A DNA stretch of 64,000 bases, from assembly GCA_050950145.1 (NCBI GenBank), contig JBMNHB010000001.1:492820-556819 (forward strand). The letters run 5' to 3'. Origin of the DNA: Candidatus Dojkabacteria bacterium (GTDB lineage Bacteria > Patescibacteriota > Dojkabacteria > SC72). The notes beneath the pieces were generated by a model that was not told the origin of the DNA, did not search any database, and was given only the letters and a program-made list of their open reading frames with translations. The translations under genes were made by a program, and so were the position numbers. Within the stretch, counting starts at the first letter, position 1. The number at the start of each line of letters is the position of its first letter. Shown one piece after another: positions 42,076-50,273 of the stretch.

Positions 42076-42720
42076 ATGAAAAAAAGCATTCTTAAAGACA
42101 ACCTAAAAACTCTTTTTTTAACAAAAGACATGCTTCGTTTACTCTCTGATGAAAATGAAGAATCTATTAACAAAAGTATTACTAGATGGATAAAGAGTGG
42201 GGATTTAGTCAAACTAAAAAATGGTCTTTACATTTCAAAGGCGAATGTGGATAGCTATTCTGCAACAGAAGGATTTACAGAATTAATTGCAAATAAATTA
42301 AGAACACCATCGTATGTTTCTTTAGAATATGCACTTGCAAAATATGGTATTCTAACTGAAGTAATATATGCAGTAACTTCACTAACATTAAAAACAGGTA
42401 GAAAGTATAGTAATCCAACTGGAGAATATATATACAGAAGTATTAGAAAAGAATTTTTTACTGGATATACAGCAATGAGATTTCTTAACTATACATACTA
42501 CATAGCTACAAAAGAAAAAGCCCTTTTTGATTACATTTACTTCTCCTTAGATACACTTCCAGAAGATATACAGAATATTAACCTTGTTGAGGAATTAAGA
42601 TTAAATATGAAATCTTTCAAAAAGAAAGATTTAGCAGAACTTCAGAGATATGCAAAGATATCAAAAAACAAGAAAGTTATTAAAATAATTGAGAATATTG
42701 TTAAAAATGCATCCAATTAA
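42076..42720 (+). CDS. AbiEi-like antitoxin (type IV TA)
   Basis: LVKLKNGLY, PSYVSLEYALAKYG and ATKEKALFD motifs; overlaps the toxin gene. Confidence 0.85.
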   Translation: MKKSILKDNLKTLFLTKDMLRLLSDENEESINKSITRWIKSGDLVKLKNGLYISKANVDSYSATEGFTELIANKLRTPSYVSLEYALAKYGILTEVIYAVTSLTLKTGRKYSNPTGEYIYRSIRKEFFTGYTAMRFLNYTYYIATKEKALFDYIYFSLDTLPEDIQNINLVEELRLNMKSFKKKDLAELQRYAKISKNKKVIKIIENIVKNASN

Positions 42721-43522
42721 ATATCAACTACAAACAATTGTTCAAGAGGCAAAGAGTAAGAACAAAAGTAATGCTTTGATTAGAAACAAGCTTAAGGAAT
42801 ACTTGCAGGATATTATCTTGTATATAATATATAGCAACAAGAAATACAAAGATCTCATTTTCTACGGAGGAACACTACTAAGAAAGGTATATGGATTAAA
42901 CAGGCTTTCTGAAGATTTAGATTTTGAGAGTACTACTAGGATTGATATAGATGAGGTGGCTTCTGTGATAAGGAAATATTTTAAGGAGGAGCATTTTAAT
43001 GGGGTAGAGGTAACAACACAGAGAAGTGAGAATATAATGAGGTGTTTGGTTGAGTTTGAACTGTTACATGATTTAGGATTATCAGAAAATGAAAATGAGA
43101 AGCTACATGTTAAGGTAGAGATAAATGAGAGAGTAGGGAGTAAGTATCCAACAGAATATACACCATATACAAAAGATATATACAGCATGGTTATTAAACA
43201 TTACTCATTACCAATTCTAATGGCTAGTAAGATGATTGCTTGTATAGAAAGGATATACAGAAGAGGAAAAAGTAATGTTAGTATTAAGGGACGAGATTTC
43301 TACGATTTAATTTGGTATATGGAGAAAGGTATAGAGCCAGATAAAACCTTTCTTAAAGATAGTAAATATACAGTAAATGAAGCATGGGAGAGTATTGATA
43401 AGGTTGTAGATAGGATTTCAAAAAAAGACCTCTTAGTTGATTTAGAACCTCTTTTTGAAAATAGTACATATATCAATGAGTGGTGTAGTAACTTTCATTC
43501 TTTCTACAAAAGATTGAGATAG
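42707..43522 (+). CDS. AbiEii-like nucleotidyltransferase toxin
   Basis: FYGGTLLRKVYGLNRLSEDLDF, KVEI and KGRDFYDLIW motifs. Confidence 0.9.
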   Translation: MHPIKYQLQTIVQEAKSKNKSNALIRNKLKEYLQDIILYIIYSNKKYKDLIFYGGTLLRKVYGLNRLSEDLDFESTTRIDIDEVASVIRKYFKEEHFNGVEVTTQRSENIMRCLVEFELLHDLGLSENENEKLHVKVEINERVGSKYPTEYTPYTKDIYSMVIKHYSLPILMASKMIACIERIYRRGKSNVSIKGRDFYDLIWYMEKGIEPDKTFLKDSKYTVNEAWESIDKVVDRISKKDLLVDLEPLFENSTYINEWCSNFHSFYKRLR

Positions 43523-43527
43523 ACATA

Positions 43528-43758
43528 TCAAAATCCATTCATTCTACTAATATTAAAATCTCTGTAATATTCATCTCCTGAGAGTTCTACAATATTCTTA
43601 GAAAGCTCATCATAACTCATCCAACTATCATCTATCTTTCTCTTCTTAGTAAGCTTTTTAATTAACTTCTCAACATTTGTAAATCTTTTGTCGTATTCGG
43701 ACATGCTCCTTTTAATAATGTCCAAAATGATTGTAATATCTTCGTATGTTAGTCTCAT
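43528..43758 (-). CDS. Small hypothetical protein
   Basis: 76-aa ATG-started ORF filling an otherwise empty interval; TAGAAT -10-like box upstream. Confidence 0.45.
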   Translation of the reverse strand: MRLTYEDITIILDIIKRSMSEYDKRFTNVEKLIKKLTKKRKIDDSWMSYDELSKNIVELSGDEYYRDFNISRMNGF

Positions 43759-43888
43759 ATTTTCCCTTACTAAATTTAATACTTAATTCTACACTGACCT
43801 AAGATATACTTCCTCACCTAGAGAATGCTAACTCTGTCTTGTATAATAGATACTATTTAGAAAGAGATATATGTTGTAAAATAGGGAT

Positions 43889-44704
43889 ATGGAAAAATTA
43901 CTTACAAAAATAATTATATTTCTAATGGGTATTACTCTCTCTACAACTTCATTTAACTTTACAGATAATAATGAGGTAGAAAAGAAAAGGAGTACTCCAA
44001 ATATTATAGTAGAGGAAAAAATACAGAATGACAATCATCAGATAAGGCGTAGTGGTATAGTACAAAAAGAGAGTATAACGAGTACTACTGGGTGGTGGAG
44101 CTATCCTACAGATATTAAACTAACAAAGAGAAATGGTGATGATTTACTTGTTTTAGTTAACAAGGAGTATAGGTTAAGTGAGAGTTATGTACCTAGTGGT
44201 TTGGTATCTGCCAGCTTATCAGGTATTAGGAGAGGAGGTAGTTATCAATTAAGAAACATTGTTATAGATGACCTACGAGATTTAGTTAATCAAGCAGCAA
44301 GTGATGGAGTGGACCTTAGTATTAGATCTGGGTACAGATCGTATCAAGATCAATTAAGTACATATAACTATTGGTTGAGGTATAACGGAAATAACGCTGA
44401 CTATGCTGATAGGGTATCGGCTAGGGCAGGACATAGTCAACATCAGCTTGGTACAGCTGTAGATTTTAGTACTTCAGAGATTCAAGATGGTATAGGAGGA
44501 CAATTTGCACCAACAAAAGCAGCTAAATGGTTGGAAGAGAATGCATACAAATATGGTTTTGTAATATCTTTTCCAAGAGGTTATGAAAGTGTGACAGGGT
44601 ATAACTATGAGAGTTGGCATTATAGATATATAGGTAAAGCTAATGCACAGGAGATGGTAAATAGTGGTAAGATTCTTGAGATATATCTGAGAGAGAAGAA
44701 TTAA
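43889..44704 (+). CDS. D-Ala-D-Ala carboxypeptidase (M15B, VanY-like)
   Basis: Signal/anchor; LVLVNK, SGYRSY, SQHQLGTAVD (SxHxxGxAxD) and YESWHYRY motifs. Confidence 0.92.
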   Translation: MEKLLTKIIIFLMGITLSTTSFNFTDNNEVEKKRSTPNIIVEEKIQNDNHQIRRSGIVQKESITSTTGWWSYPTDIKLTKRNGDDLLVLVNKEYRLSESYVPSGLVSASLSGIRRGGSYQLRNIVIDDLRDLVNQAASDGVDLSIRSGYRSYQDQLSTYNYWLRYNGNNADYADRVSARAGHSQHQLGTAVDFSTSEIQDGIGGQFAPTKAAKWLEENAYKYGFVISFPRGYESVTGYNYESWHYRYIGKANAQEMVNSGKILEIYLREKN

Positions 44705-44731
44705 AAAGTCATTAACTATACAACATTTCTT

Positions 44732-44811
44732 TTGATTTAATCTCAAAAATATTGTATAATTAAGTATTAGGTTAAGGGAGGTCCATTACAAAAATGTCCC
44801 TCCCATTTTTT
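44732..44811 (+). ncRNA. Promoter-hairpin sRNA unit A
   Basis: TTGATT-N17-TATAAT, then ATTAGGTTAA, a GGGAGG/CCTCCC stem (44776-44804) and a U-tract. Confidence 0.5.
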
Positions 44812-44860
44812 ATTCCCTCTTTTACCAAATTATCCAAAGTATGATAAACTAAATCTAATA

Positions 44861-45514
44861 ATGAAGAAGAAAAACCTTTTTCAAAAAATAAATAGCATAT
44901 ATGTAGGAATGGGGTTCTTCTTCCTTACTATTGCACTAATAGCTATCATGATACCCATATGGCCATATATATGGTATAGATTAAATCCAAAAGAAACAGA
45001 TAAAGAGGTAGAGAAGATTGTAAAAGAGATAACACCTCCAGAAGTAGAAATAGAGAAGAAAGAAGAGATAATAGAAGAAGCTATATCAAACCTTCCTCCA
45101 TTTGATCCTTCATTACCTGAAGGATTGTTTGTGATAATTCCAAAGATAGGGGTAGAATCTCCAATATCAACAAGTAAGGATTACAATGATGGATTAGAGA
45201 ACGGTTCTTGGATTGTTTCAAATTACGGTACACCAGAATATACAGAACTACCGATAATATTAGCTGCACATAGGTTTGGATATTCATATTGGGGTATAGA
45301 GAAAAGAAACAAGATATCTTACTACAATCTTCCTAAAACAGGAGAAGGTGATGAAATAATCATATATTGGAATCAGAGAGCATATAAGTATAGGATATAT
45401 AAGTCAGAAGAGAGCACCTACATTAGCGATTATGACACAGACCTCATACTATATACATGTAAATTCTTTAATTCTCCAATACGTATATTTAGATATGCAG
45501 AGCGTATCTACTAA
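44861..45514 (+). CDS. Sortase (second copy)
   Basis: TM anchor; IIPKIGV, ILAAHR and LILYTC...RIF motifs. Confidence 0.88.
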   Translation: MKKKNLFQKINSIYVGMGFFFLTIALIAIMIPIWPYIWYRLNPKETDKEVEKIVKEITPPEVEIEKKEEIIEEAISNLPPFDPSLPEGLFVIIPKIGVESPISTSKDYNDGLENGSWIVSNYGTPEYTELPIILAAHRFGYSYWGIEKRNKISYYNLPKTGEGDEIIIYWNQRAYKYRIYKSEESTYISDYDTDLILYTCKFFNSPIRIFRYAERIY

Positions 45515-45609
45515 ACTTTATCTCCTATTCGTATACAACCCATAGTGTTGTATATTGGGTTTCTTTATGCTATAATCCTCCTGCATTTAAATTAACTAGC
45601 CCTTTAAAT

Positions 45610-45849
45610 ATGAGGAAGTTATTTTCAGCAATTTTAACTATTGCAATGATTTCCTTCTTTAGTGTTGCTCCTGTACTAGCTAGTGGTAATCCATACGGTC
45701 CATATAATCCATATGAACCACATATCCCATTACCAACAGGTTTTGGTGATACAGATATCTTCTATCTAGTTGCATTAGTAGCATTTACAGTAGGTATGGT
45801 CATTTTAGCAATAGCTAAAAACCTTAAGGGCAAGCAGTCTGCTGCTTAA
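45610..45849 (+). CDS. Very small exported protein with LPTG sorting signal (candidate sortase substrate)
   Basis: Signal peptide ending VLA; NPYGPYNPYEPHIPLPTG; hydrophobic helix and basic tail. Confidence 0.7.
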   Translation: MRKLFSAILTIAMISFFSVAPVLASGNPYGPYNPYEPHIPLPTGFGDTDIFYLVALVAFTVGMVILAIAKNLKGKQSAA

Positions 45850-45923
45850 TTGGTGGACTGCTCCCTTAAGGAGCTAAATGCAATCTAATTTTAATCACTG
45901 CTCAATATGAACTATTTACAAGA

Positions 45924-46682
45924 ATGAAACTATCTTTGGTAATACCAACATACAAAAAACAAAGAGAAGTATTGGATCAGTTAGAAAGACTCTATGGTTT
46001 TCTTTCTAGAAAAAATCCAAATTTTGAACTCATCTTCGTAATTGATGGGTATGTTGATAATACTAAGGATATTTTAAATAAGTATGTTAAAGAGAACAGA
46101 CTTAAGAAAGTTTCAGTAATTGGTTACAAAGAAAATAGAGGAAAAGGATATGCTGTTAGATATGGTATGAAAAGAGCAAAAGGTGATGTAATCGGCTTTG
46201 TTGATGCAGATACAGATATTCAGATTAAAACATTAGGATATGCTCTTAAAGCAATTAAAGATGATTCTGTAATGGCAGTAATACCTTCTAAACTTCATAA
46301 AGATTCTAATATTGAAATGAAATTAGGAAGAAAGATTCTCTCCTACGGTTTGATACTTGCAAACAGGATATTCTTAAATCTTCCAAAGAATGTTAATGAT
46401 GTAGGATGTGGATTAAAACTCTTTAGAAAAGAATTAGTAGAGAGAATTTTACCTAGATTAAAAGTTAATGGATTTGCTATTGACTCAGATATATTAAATG
46501 AGATTGGTAGGGTAGGATACAATATTGCTATTACACCTTTCTTCTTAAACAAGAATAGAAGTGATAGTACATCTGTAAATATTAAAGAAACTTCCAAAAT
46601 GTTAAAGGATATATTTAGTATTGCTGTAAATAATAGGGTATTGGTTAATAGGAATAAGGAATTATTAGGATTAGAGAAATAA
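45924..46682 (+). CDS. GT2 glycosyltransferase (polyprenol-phosphate glycosyltransferase-like)
   Basis: LSLVIPTY, IDG.VDNT, NRGKGYAV, FVDAD and D..CGLKLFR motifs. Confidence 0.9.
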   Translation: MKLSLVIPTYKKQREVLDQLERLYGFLSRKNPNFELIFVIDGYVDNTKDILNKYVKENRLKKVSVIGYKENRGKGYAVRYGMKRAKGDVIGFVDADTDIQIKTLGYALKAIKDDSVMAVIPSKLHKDSNIEMKLGRKILSYGLILANRIFLNLPKNVNDVGCGLKLFRKELVERILPRLKVNGFAIDSDILNEIGRVGYNIAITPFFLNKNRSDSTSVNIKETSKMLKDIFSIAVNNRVLVNRNKELLGLEK

Positions 46683-46688
46683 CTTTAA

Positions 46689-46779
46689 TTGATATAGATC
46701 CCTAGATTTTGTATGATATAGTTAGCAGAGGGAATACTCGCCCCATATGCTTGGGGAGATGAGATTCCCTCTTTCTTTT
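46689..46779 (+). ncRNA. Promoter-hairpin sRNA unit B
   Basis: TTGATA-N17-TATGAT; AGAGGGAAT/ATTCCCTCT stem (46727-46772) with inner CCCCA/TGGGG; U-rich end. Confidence 0.5.
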
Positions 46780-47021
46780 CTAAAACTAACTATCAAGTTA
46801 ATATCTTTATCAAATTTTCTCTTGTTATTAACACAAAAAACAAGTATACTTAGCTAATAGGTTGCAGAAGAGTCATCACCAAGATAGGCTCTTCTTTTTT
46901 TTACATAATCAATTTCCTAATAAATACAATTATGAAATCTAGATTGACTTGATATATAAGAAATTGAAAAACTTTTCTAAAACTAACTATCAAGTTAATA
47001 TCTTTATCAAATTTTCTCTTG
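46775..47021. repeat. 50-bp perfect direct repeat (46775-46824 = 46972-47021)
   Basis: CTTTTCTAAAACTAACTATCAAGTTAATATCTTTATCAAATTTTCTCTTG occurs twice; an imperfect ~40-bp block also recurs at 46926 and 47727. Confidence 0.92.
46822..46902 (+). ncRNA. Promoter-hairpin sRNA unit C
   Basis: TTGTTA-N17-TATACT; AATAGGTTGC; AGAAGAGTC/GGCTCTTCT stem; U8 tract. Confidence 0.55.
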
Positions 47022-47104
47022 CTATTAATGTGATAACAAAGTATACTTGTATCAATAGGATTCGGGAGGGCCCTTACGAAAGTTTTGACCCTCCCATTTT
47101 ATTT
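47019..47104 (+). ncRNA. Promoter-hairpin sRNA unit D
   Basis: TTGCTA-N17-TATACT; AATAGGATTC; GGGAGGG/CCCTCCC stem; U-rich end, convergent with the NYN stop. Confidence 0.55.
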
Positions 47105-47710
47105 CTCAATAAAACTCTTTATTCTTGAAAACTCTTTGTATTCTCTAGAATATTTTTCTTTAATAATTCTAGCAGTCTTTTTTTTATGTGAAAGAACTGC
47201 AAACCTTGTTCCCTTCTCTCTTGCATATCGAAGTAGTATCTCGAAATCTCCATCTCCAGAAAGGAGAATAAATGAATCGTACTCTGGTTCTAATCGAAGC
47301 ATATCATAGGTTAAGTCAACATCACAGTTAGCTTTTAACTTTAATCCTCTTCCTGTTCTAATATGTTTAATTGGTTTTAGTCTTAAAACATAACCAAACT
47401 CTTCTAATTTCTTGAAGAACTGTACCTTCTTAATACTTTTGTGAATCTTCTGACTGTTCTTTCCAGTCCTCTGTTTAGGTAATTTGGTCAAATACTCAAG
47501 GAGGTTCTTAATTGGATATGGGGCAGTTGATTTGATATTTGCTTCATATCCACAAGTGTCAACTCCTGAGTAATAGAAAAACTTTTTAACTTTGTATTTA
47601 CTTTTGAGGTATTCCATCAGCTTCTTAAAATCGACCCTCCAATCTTGGTCATTTGGTGTTCCATAAAACATATTTGAAGCATCGATAAAGACATAACAGT
47701 TTTTAGTCAT
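47099..47710 (-). CDS. NYN-domain (LabA/DUF88, PIN-like) ribonuclease
   Basis: VFIDASN, KANCDVDL and LLSGDGDF acidic catalytic motifs are intact. Confidence 0.9.
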   Translation of the reverse strand: MTKNCYVFIDASNMFYGTPNDQDWRVDFKKLMEYLKSKYKVKKFFYYSGVDTCGYEANIKSTAPYPIKNLLEYLTKLPKQRTGKNSQKIHKSIKKVQFFKKLEEFGYVLRLKPIKHIRTGRGLKLKANCDVDLTYDMLRLEPEYDSFILLSGDGDFEILLRYAREKGTRFAVLSHKKKTARIIKEKYSREYKEFSRIKSFIEK

Positions 47711-47775
47711 ATATAGATATTACAAAACAATTATGAAATCTAGATTAACTTCATATACGAGAAACTAAGATTTTC

Positions 47776-47860
47776 TTGTTATCAACTCAACAAACAAGTA
47801 TACTTACAACAATAGGATTCGGGGTGGCCACTCATTTTGACTGACCATCCCTTTTTTCTT
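47776..47860 (+). ncRNA. Promoter-hairpin sRNA unit E
   Basis: TTGTTA-N17-TATACT; AATAGGATTC; GGGGTGGCCA/TGACCATCCC stem; U6 tract. Confidence 0.55.
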
Positions 47861-47949
47861 AATTGTACTTCCCAACAAAATATTGCAATATATTTCCATA
47901 ACATACGGAAAAGTGTATGTTACAGAAATAAAATAAATAGAAAATGGAA

Positions 47950-48924
47950 TTAGTTAAATCCTTGTTTTAAACCTCTTAGAAAATTCTTATAATCTTCTTC
48001 AACATTACCTGTAGGATTGGTTTCAACAACTAAACCAGGAATCTTTTGTCTCCTTATCATTCTTACATTAAGCCATTCACCTAATCTTTTGTTAGATTCT
48101 ACATCATCACCTAAAGGAAGATGTGTTCTTACTGTACCTTCTGTATTATCTTTACCACTCAATGAAAGATATATTGGAAAGTTATCTCTATCCATACTAT
48201 CCATAATATTGAAAACATGACCATACTCTTCCTTAGGTAAACCACCCATATCTAAATCAATACCAAACCTTAAATCTCTATTTTGATAATCATTCTTAAT
48301 ATTTTCATAGATATTCATAAAATTAGTAAATGTACCATCTCCAATCTTTTTGTTTGGTTCAATAACCCAAGTAATACTCTTACCACCATCTTTTAATATT
48401 CTGTTAATCTCCCTTATCTTTCTAATTTCGTCTTCAATACTTACAGTCTCAATACATGTTCTAATCTTTACAATATTATCCATTACATTTGCTACTCTAA
48501 GGGTACTATCTATCTGTTCCTCATCTGAATGAGATTGTAGAAGACCATATGCATACTCCTGTGCTACAGCTATACCTAATCCTAAACCAGTATATCCTTC
48601 TTCTTTACCTTTCTTTACTTTTTCTTTAAGAAAATCTGTATTTAATTTTACTAAGTAAGGATAATCAATAGAGGATATATATCCTTTCATCTTTTCAGGA
48701 TTAACTACAGATGCTAATACAGAAATACCTAAATTAACATTAGGAAATATCTTCTCTGTTACTGCTTGTGCTTCTAAGGCATTAGATATTACAGTATCTG
48801 TGTATCTATCCTTTGAAAAGACTGCTTGTCCAAAACCCTCTACAGCTCCAAATTTACCACCTGATTCTCTTGTATTACCAAGTGTAGTACTACTTATTTC
48901 AACATTTAATTCTTTACCTTCCAT
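47950..48924 (-). CDS. Hypothetical protein, possibly a xylose-isomerase/AP-endonuclease-2-like TIM barrel
   Basis: The spacing of WVIEP, GIDLD, THLPLGD and LVVE resembles that fold's metal ligands; weak. Confidence 0.45.
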   Translation of the reverse strand: MEGKELNVEISSTTLGNTRESGGKFGAVEGFGQAVFSKDRYTDTVISNALEAQAVTEKIFPNVNLGISVLASVVNPEKMKGYISSIDYPYLVKLNTDFLKEKVKKGKEEGYTGLGLGIAVAQEYAYGLLQSHSDEEQIDSTLRVANVMDNIVKIRTCIETVSIEDEIRKIREINRILKDGGKSITWVIEPNKKIGDGTFTNFMNIYENIKNDYQNRDLRFGIDLDMGGLPKEEYGHVFNIMDSMDRDNFPIYLSLSGKDNTEGTVRTHLPLGDDVESNKRLGEWLNVRMIRRQKIPGLVVETNPTGNVEEDYKNFLRGLKQGFN

Positions 48925-48925
48925 A

Positions 48926-49045
48926 TTGATATTATATCAGACCTATAGTATAATATAAATGGTTAAAGAATCTGCTCTTTATAACATTATAAATCCTAAT
49001 CAAAGGAGAGTACCTATTGATATTTTCTAATACCTATAGTATAAT
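48926..49045 (+). promoter_or_regulatory. Tandem duplicated sigma70 promoters
   Basis: TTGATA-N17-TATAAT at 48926-48954 and 49017-49045, sharing ACCTATAGTATAATATA. Confidence 0.8.
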
Positions 49046-49051
49046 ATATGT

Positions 49052-49403
49052 ATCTAAAATAACCTGCTCATTAAATATATAGTTTTCAAATAAAGATTCA
49101 TAGAAAAGGTTTTTACCTTGTATGAGTTTTTATTTTTAAAAACTCGAAGATCTTTAAAAATTTCTAAGTATATACATATGATTTATATCAGTATGTATTT
49201 AGATAAAATAGTGTGTGATGAAATAGAGATAGAGTAGGGTGTTTGTTTTACTCCTTATATATCTGCATATTCTATTGGAATGCATAGTGTATCTAATTAT
49301 TAATATATTTATATTAAATATATTGGGTATAGTATGCATTCCGTTAGGATTGCAGAGCAGAGAGATACTCTAAGATACATATTTATTCCCTAAGGAGGAA
49401 GAA
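49052..49403 (+). ncRNA. ~350-nt highly structured 5' leader
   Basis: Hairpins at 49081-49144, 49163-49203 and 49262-49356, plus segments complementary to the 3' trailer. Confidence 0.65.
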
Positions 49404-50096
49404 ATGAAAGACTTTTTGAAAAATGCATTTAGTATTTTAGGAGTAGTTTTACTCCTAGCATTAGTCTGTATATTGGTAATCCCAGGAGTTTACAAACTTG
49501 GGAAAACAACATTTGATTGGGCTTGGGGTCAACCTGTAGTTCAAGTTCAACAGCCTGATGTTGCATGTCCAAGCTGTCCTGTATGTCCTTCTTCTACAGA
49601 TACAGAAGAAAAATTTGACACTATGGCATGTATGGACAAAGTTATAAAACGAATTAAAGTCCGAAGGGAAAACATTAGGCAGGAAGAGCTTCAAACGCTT
49701 ATTCCGCAAGCAACTGCAATGTGTCAACAAGAAAACAATGGCCAACCTGGTATTAGTAATTTTATACCTGGTACAATTATCCCATATGGGACGATTACAT
49801 TTGATCTAGAGGATAGGGTATGGATTCTTGAGAATTTCAGGGTACCTTCAGTAGCAAATTATAACACCGCTTATATTATAAGTGGTGAGCATACTGTGTA
49901 TGACCCTGTCACAAAAGAAAGATACAATATCCAAACAGATATAAGTAATCCAGCCAATATTTTTTTGTCTCCTTTCTGGATGCAGACTGAGCTCGGTTGG
50001 TTGAAAGACTACAGCAGAGTTGACTTCAAAGTCTGTTACAACTTTAAAGGCGATTGCGCCTTACCTCAGTCATTAATTGACGAGATGACACCATAA
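49404..50096 (+). CDS. Orphan membrane-anchored, Cys-containing protein enclosed by RNA structure
   Basis: SD TAAGGAGG at 49391; N-terminal TM; CPSCPVCP linker; no family recognised. Confidence 0.75.
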   Translation: MKDFLKNAFSILGVVLLLALVCILVIPGVYKLGKTTFDWAWGQPVVQVQQPDVACPSCPVCPSSTDTEEKFDTMACMDKVIKRIKVRRENIRQEELQTLIPQATAMCQQENNGQPGISNFIPGTIIPYGTITFDLEDRVWILENFRVPSVANYNTAYIISGEHTVYDPVTKERYNIQTDISNPANIFLSPFWMQTELGWLKDYSRVDFKVCYNFKGDCALPQSLIDEMTP

Positions 50097-50187
50097 TTTC
50101 TCTCTGCTCCCGGGTGGGGGATATCTTCTTTTTGCTTAATTGCAATAAGAACCCCCACCCACTCTCAAGAACCATCACACACTATAA

Positions 50188-50253
50188 ATCTTCTAAGACT
50201 AAAATAAGTCTTACTGATGAGTCCATATATATAAATATTAAGGACGAAAAGAT
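50188..50253 (+). ncRNA. Type III hammerhead ribozyme
   Basis: Stem III ATCTT/AAGAT; cleavage triplet UUC (cut after C50193); stem I TAAGACT/AGTCTTA; core CTGATGA (50214-50220); stem II GTCC/GGAC; GAAA (50246-50249). Confidence 0.9.
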
Positions 50254-50273
50254 AAAATAAAGAAAAAATTGTT

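Noticed and set aside
46689-47860. CRISPR array
   Set aside because: The repeats are promoter-containing blocks of irregular length and spacing, and there are no cas genes in the window.
49150-49210. Second (5' or antisense) hammerhead that would allow double cleavage
   Set aside because: Only a plain hairpin; no CUGANGA plus GAAA core on either strand.
49404-50096. Obelisk Oblin-1 identity
   Set aside because: Size and hammerhead type are similar, but the protein has a TM anchor and no Oblin motif I recognise, and whole-length rod complementarity through the ORF is not evident.
49211-50170. Group II intron (GTGTG start, ORF in a loop, domain-VI-like GC hairpin)
   Set aside because: No domain V with an AGC/CGC triad precedes the hairpin, the ORF is not an RT/maturase, and no host gene is interrupted.
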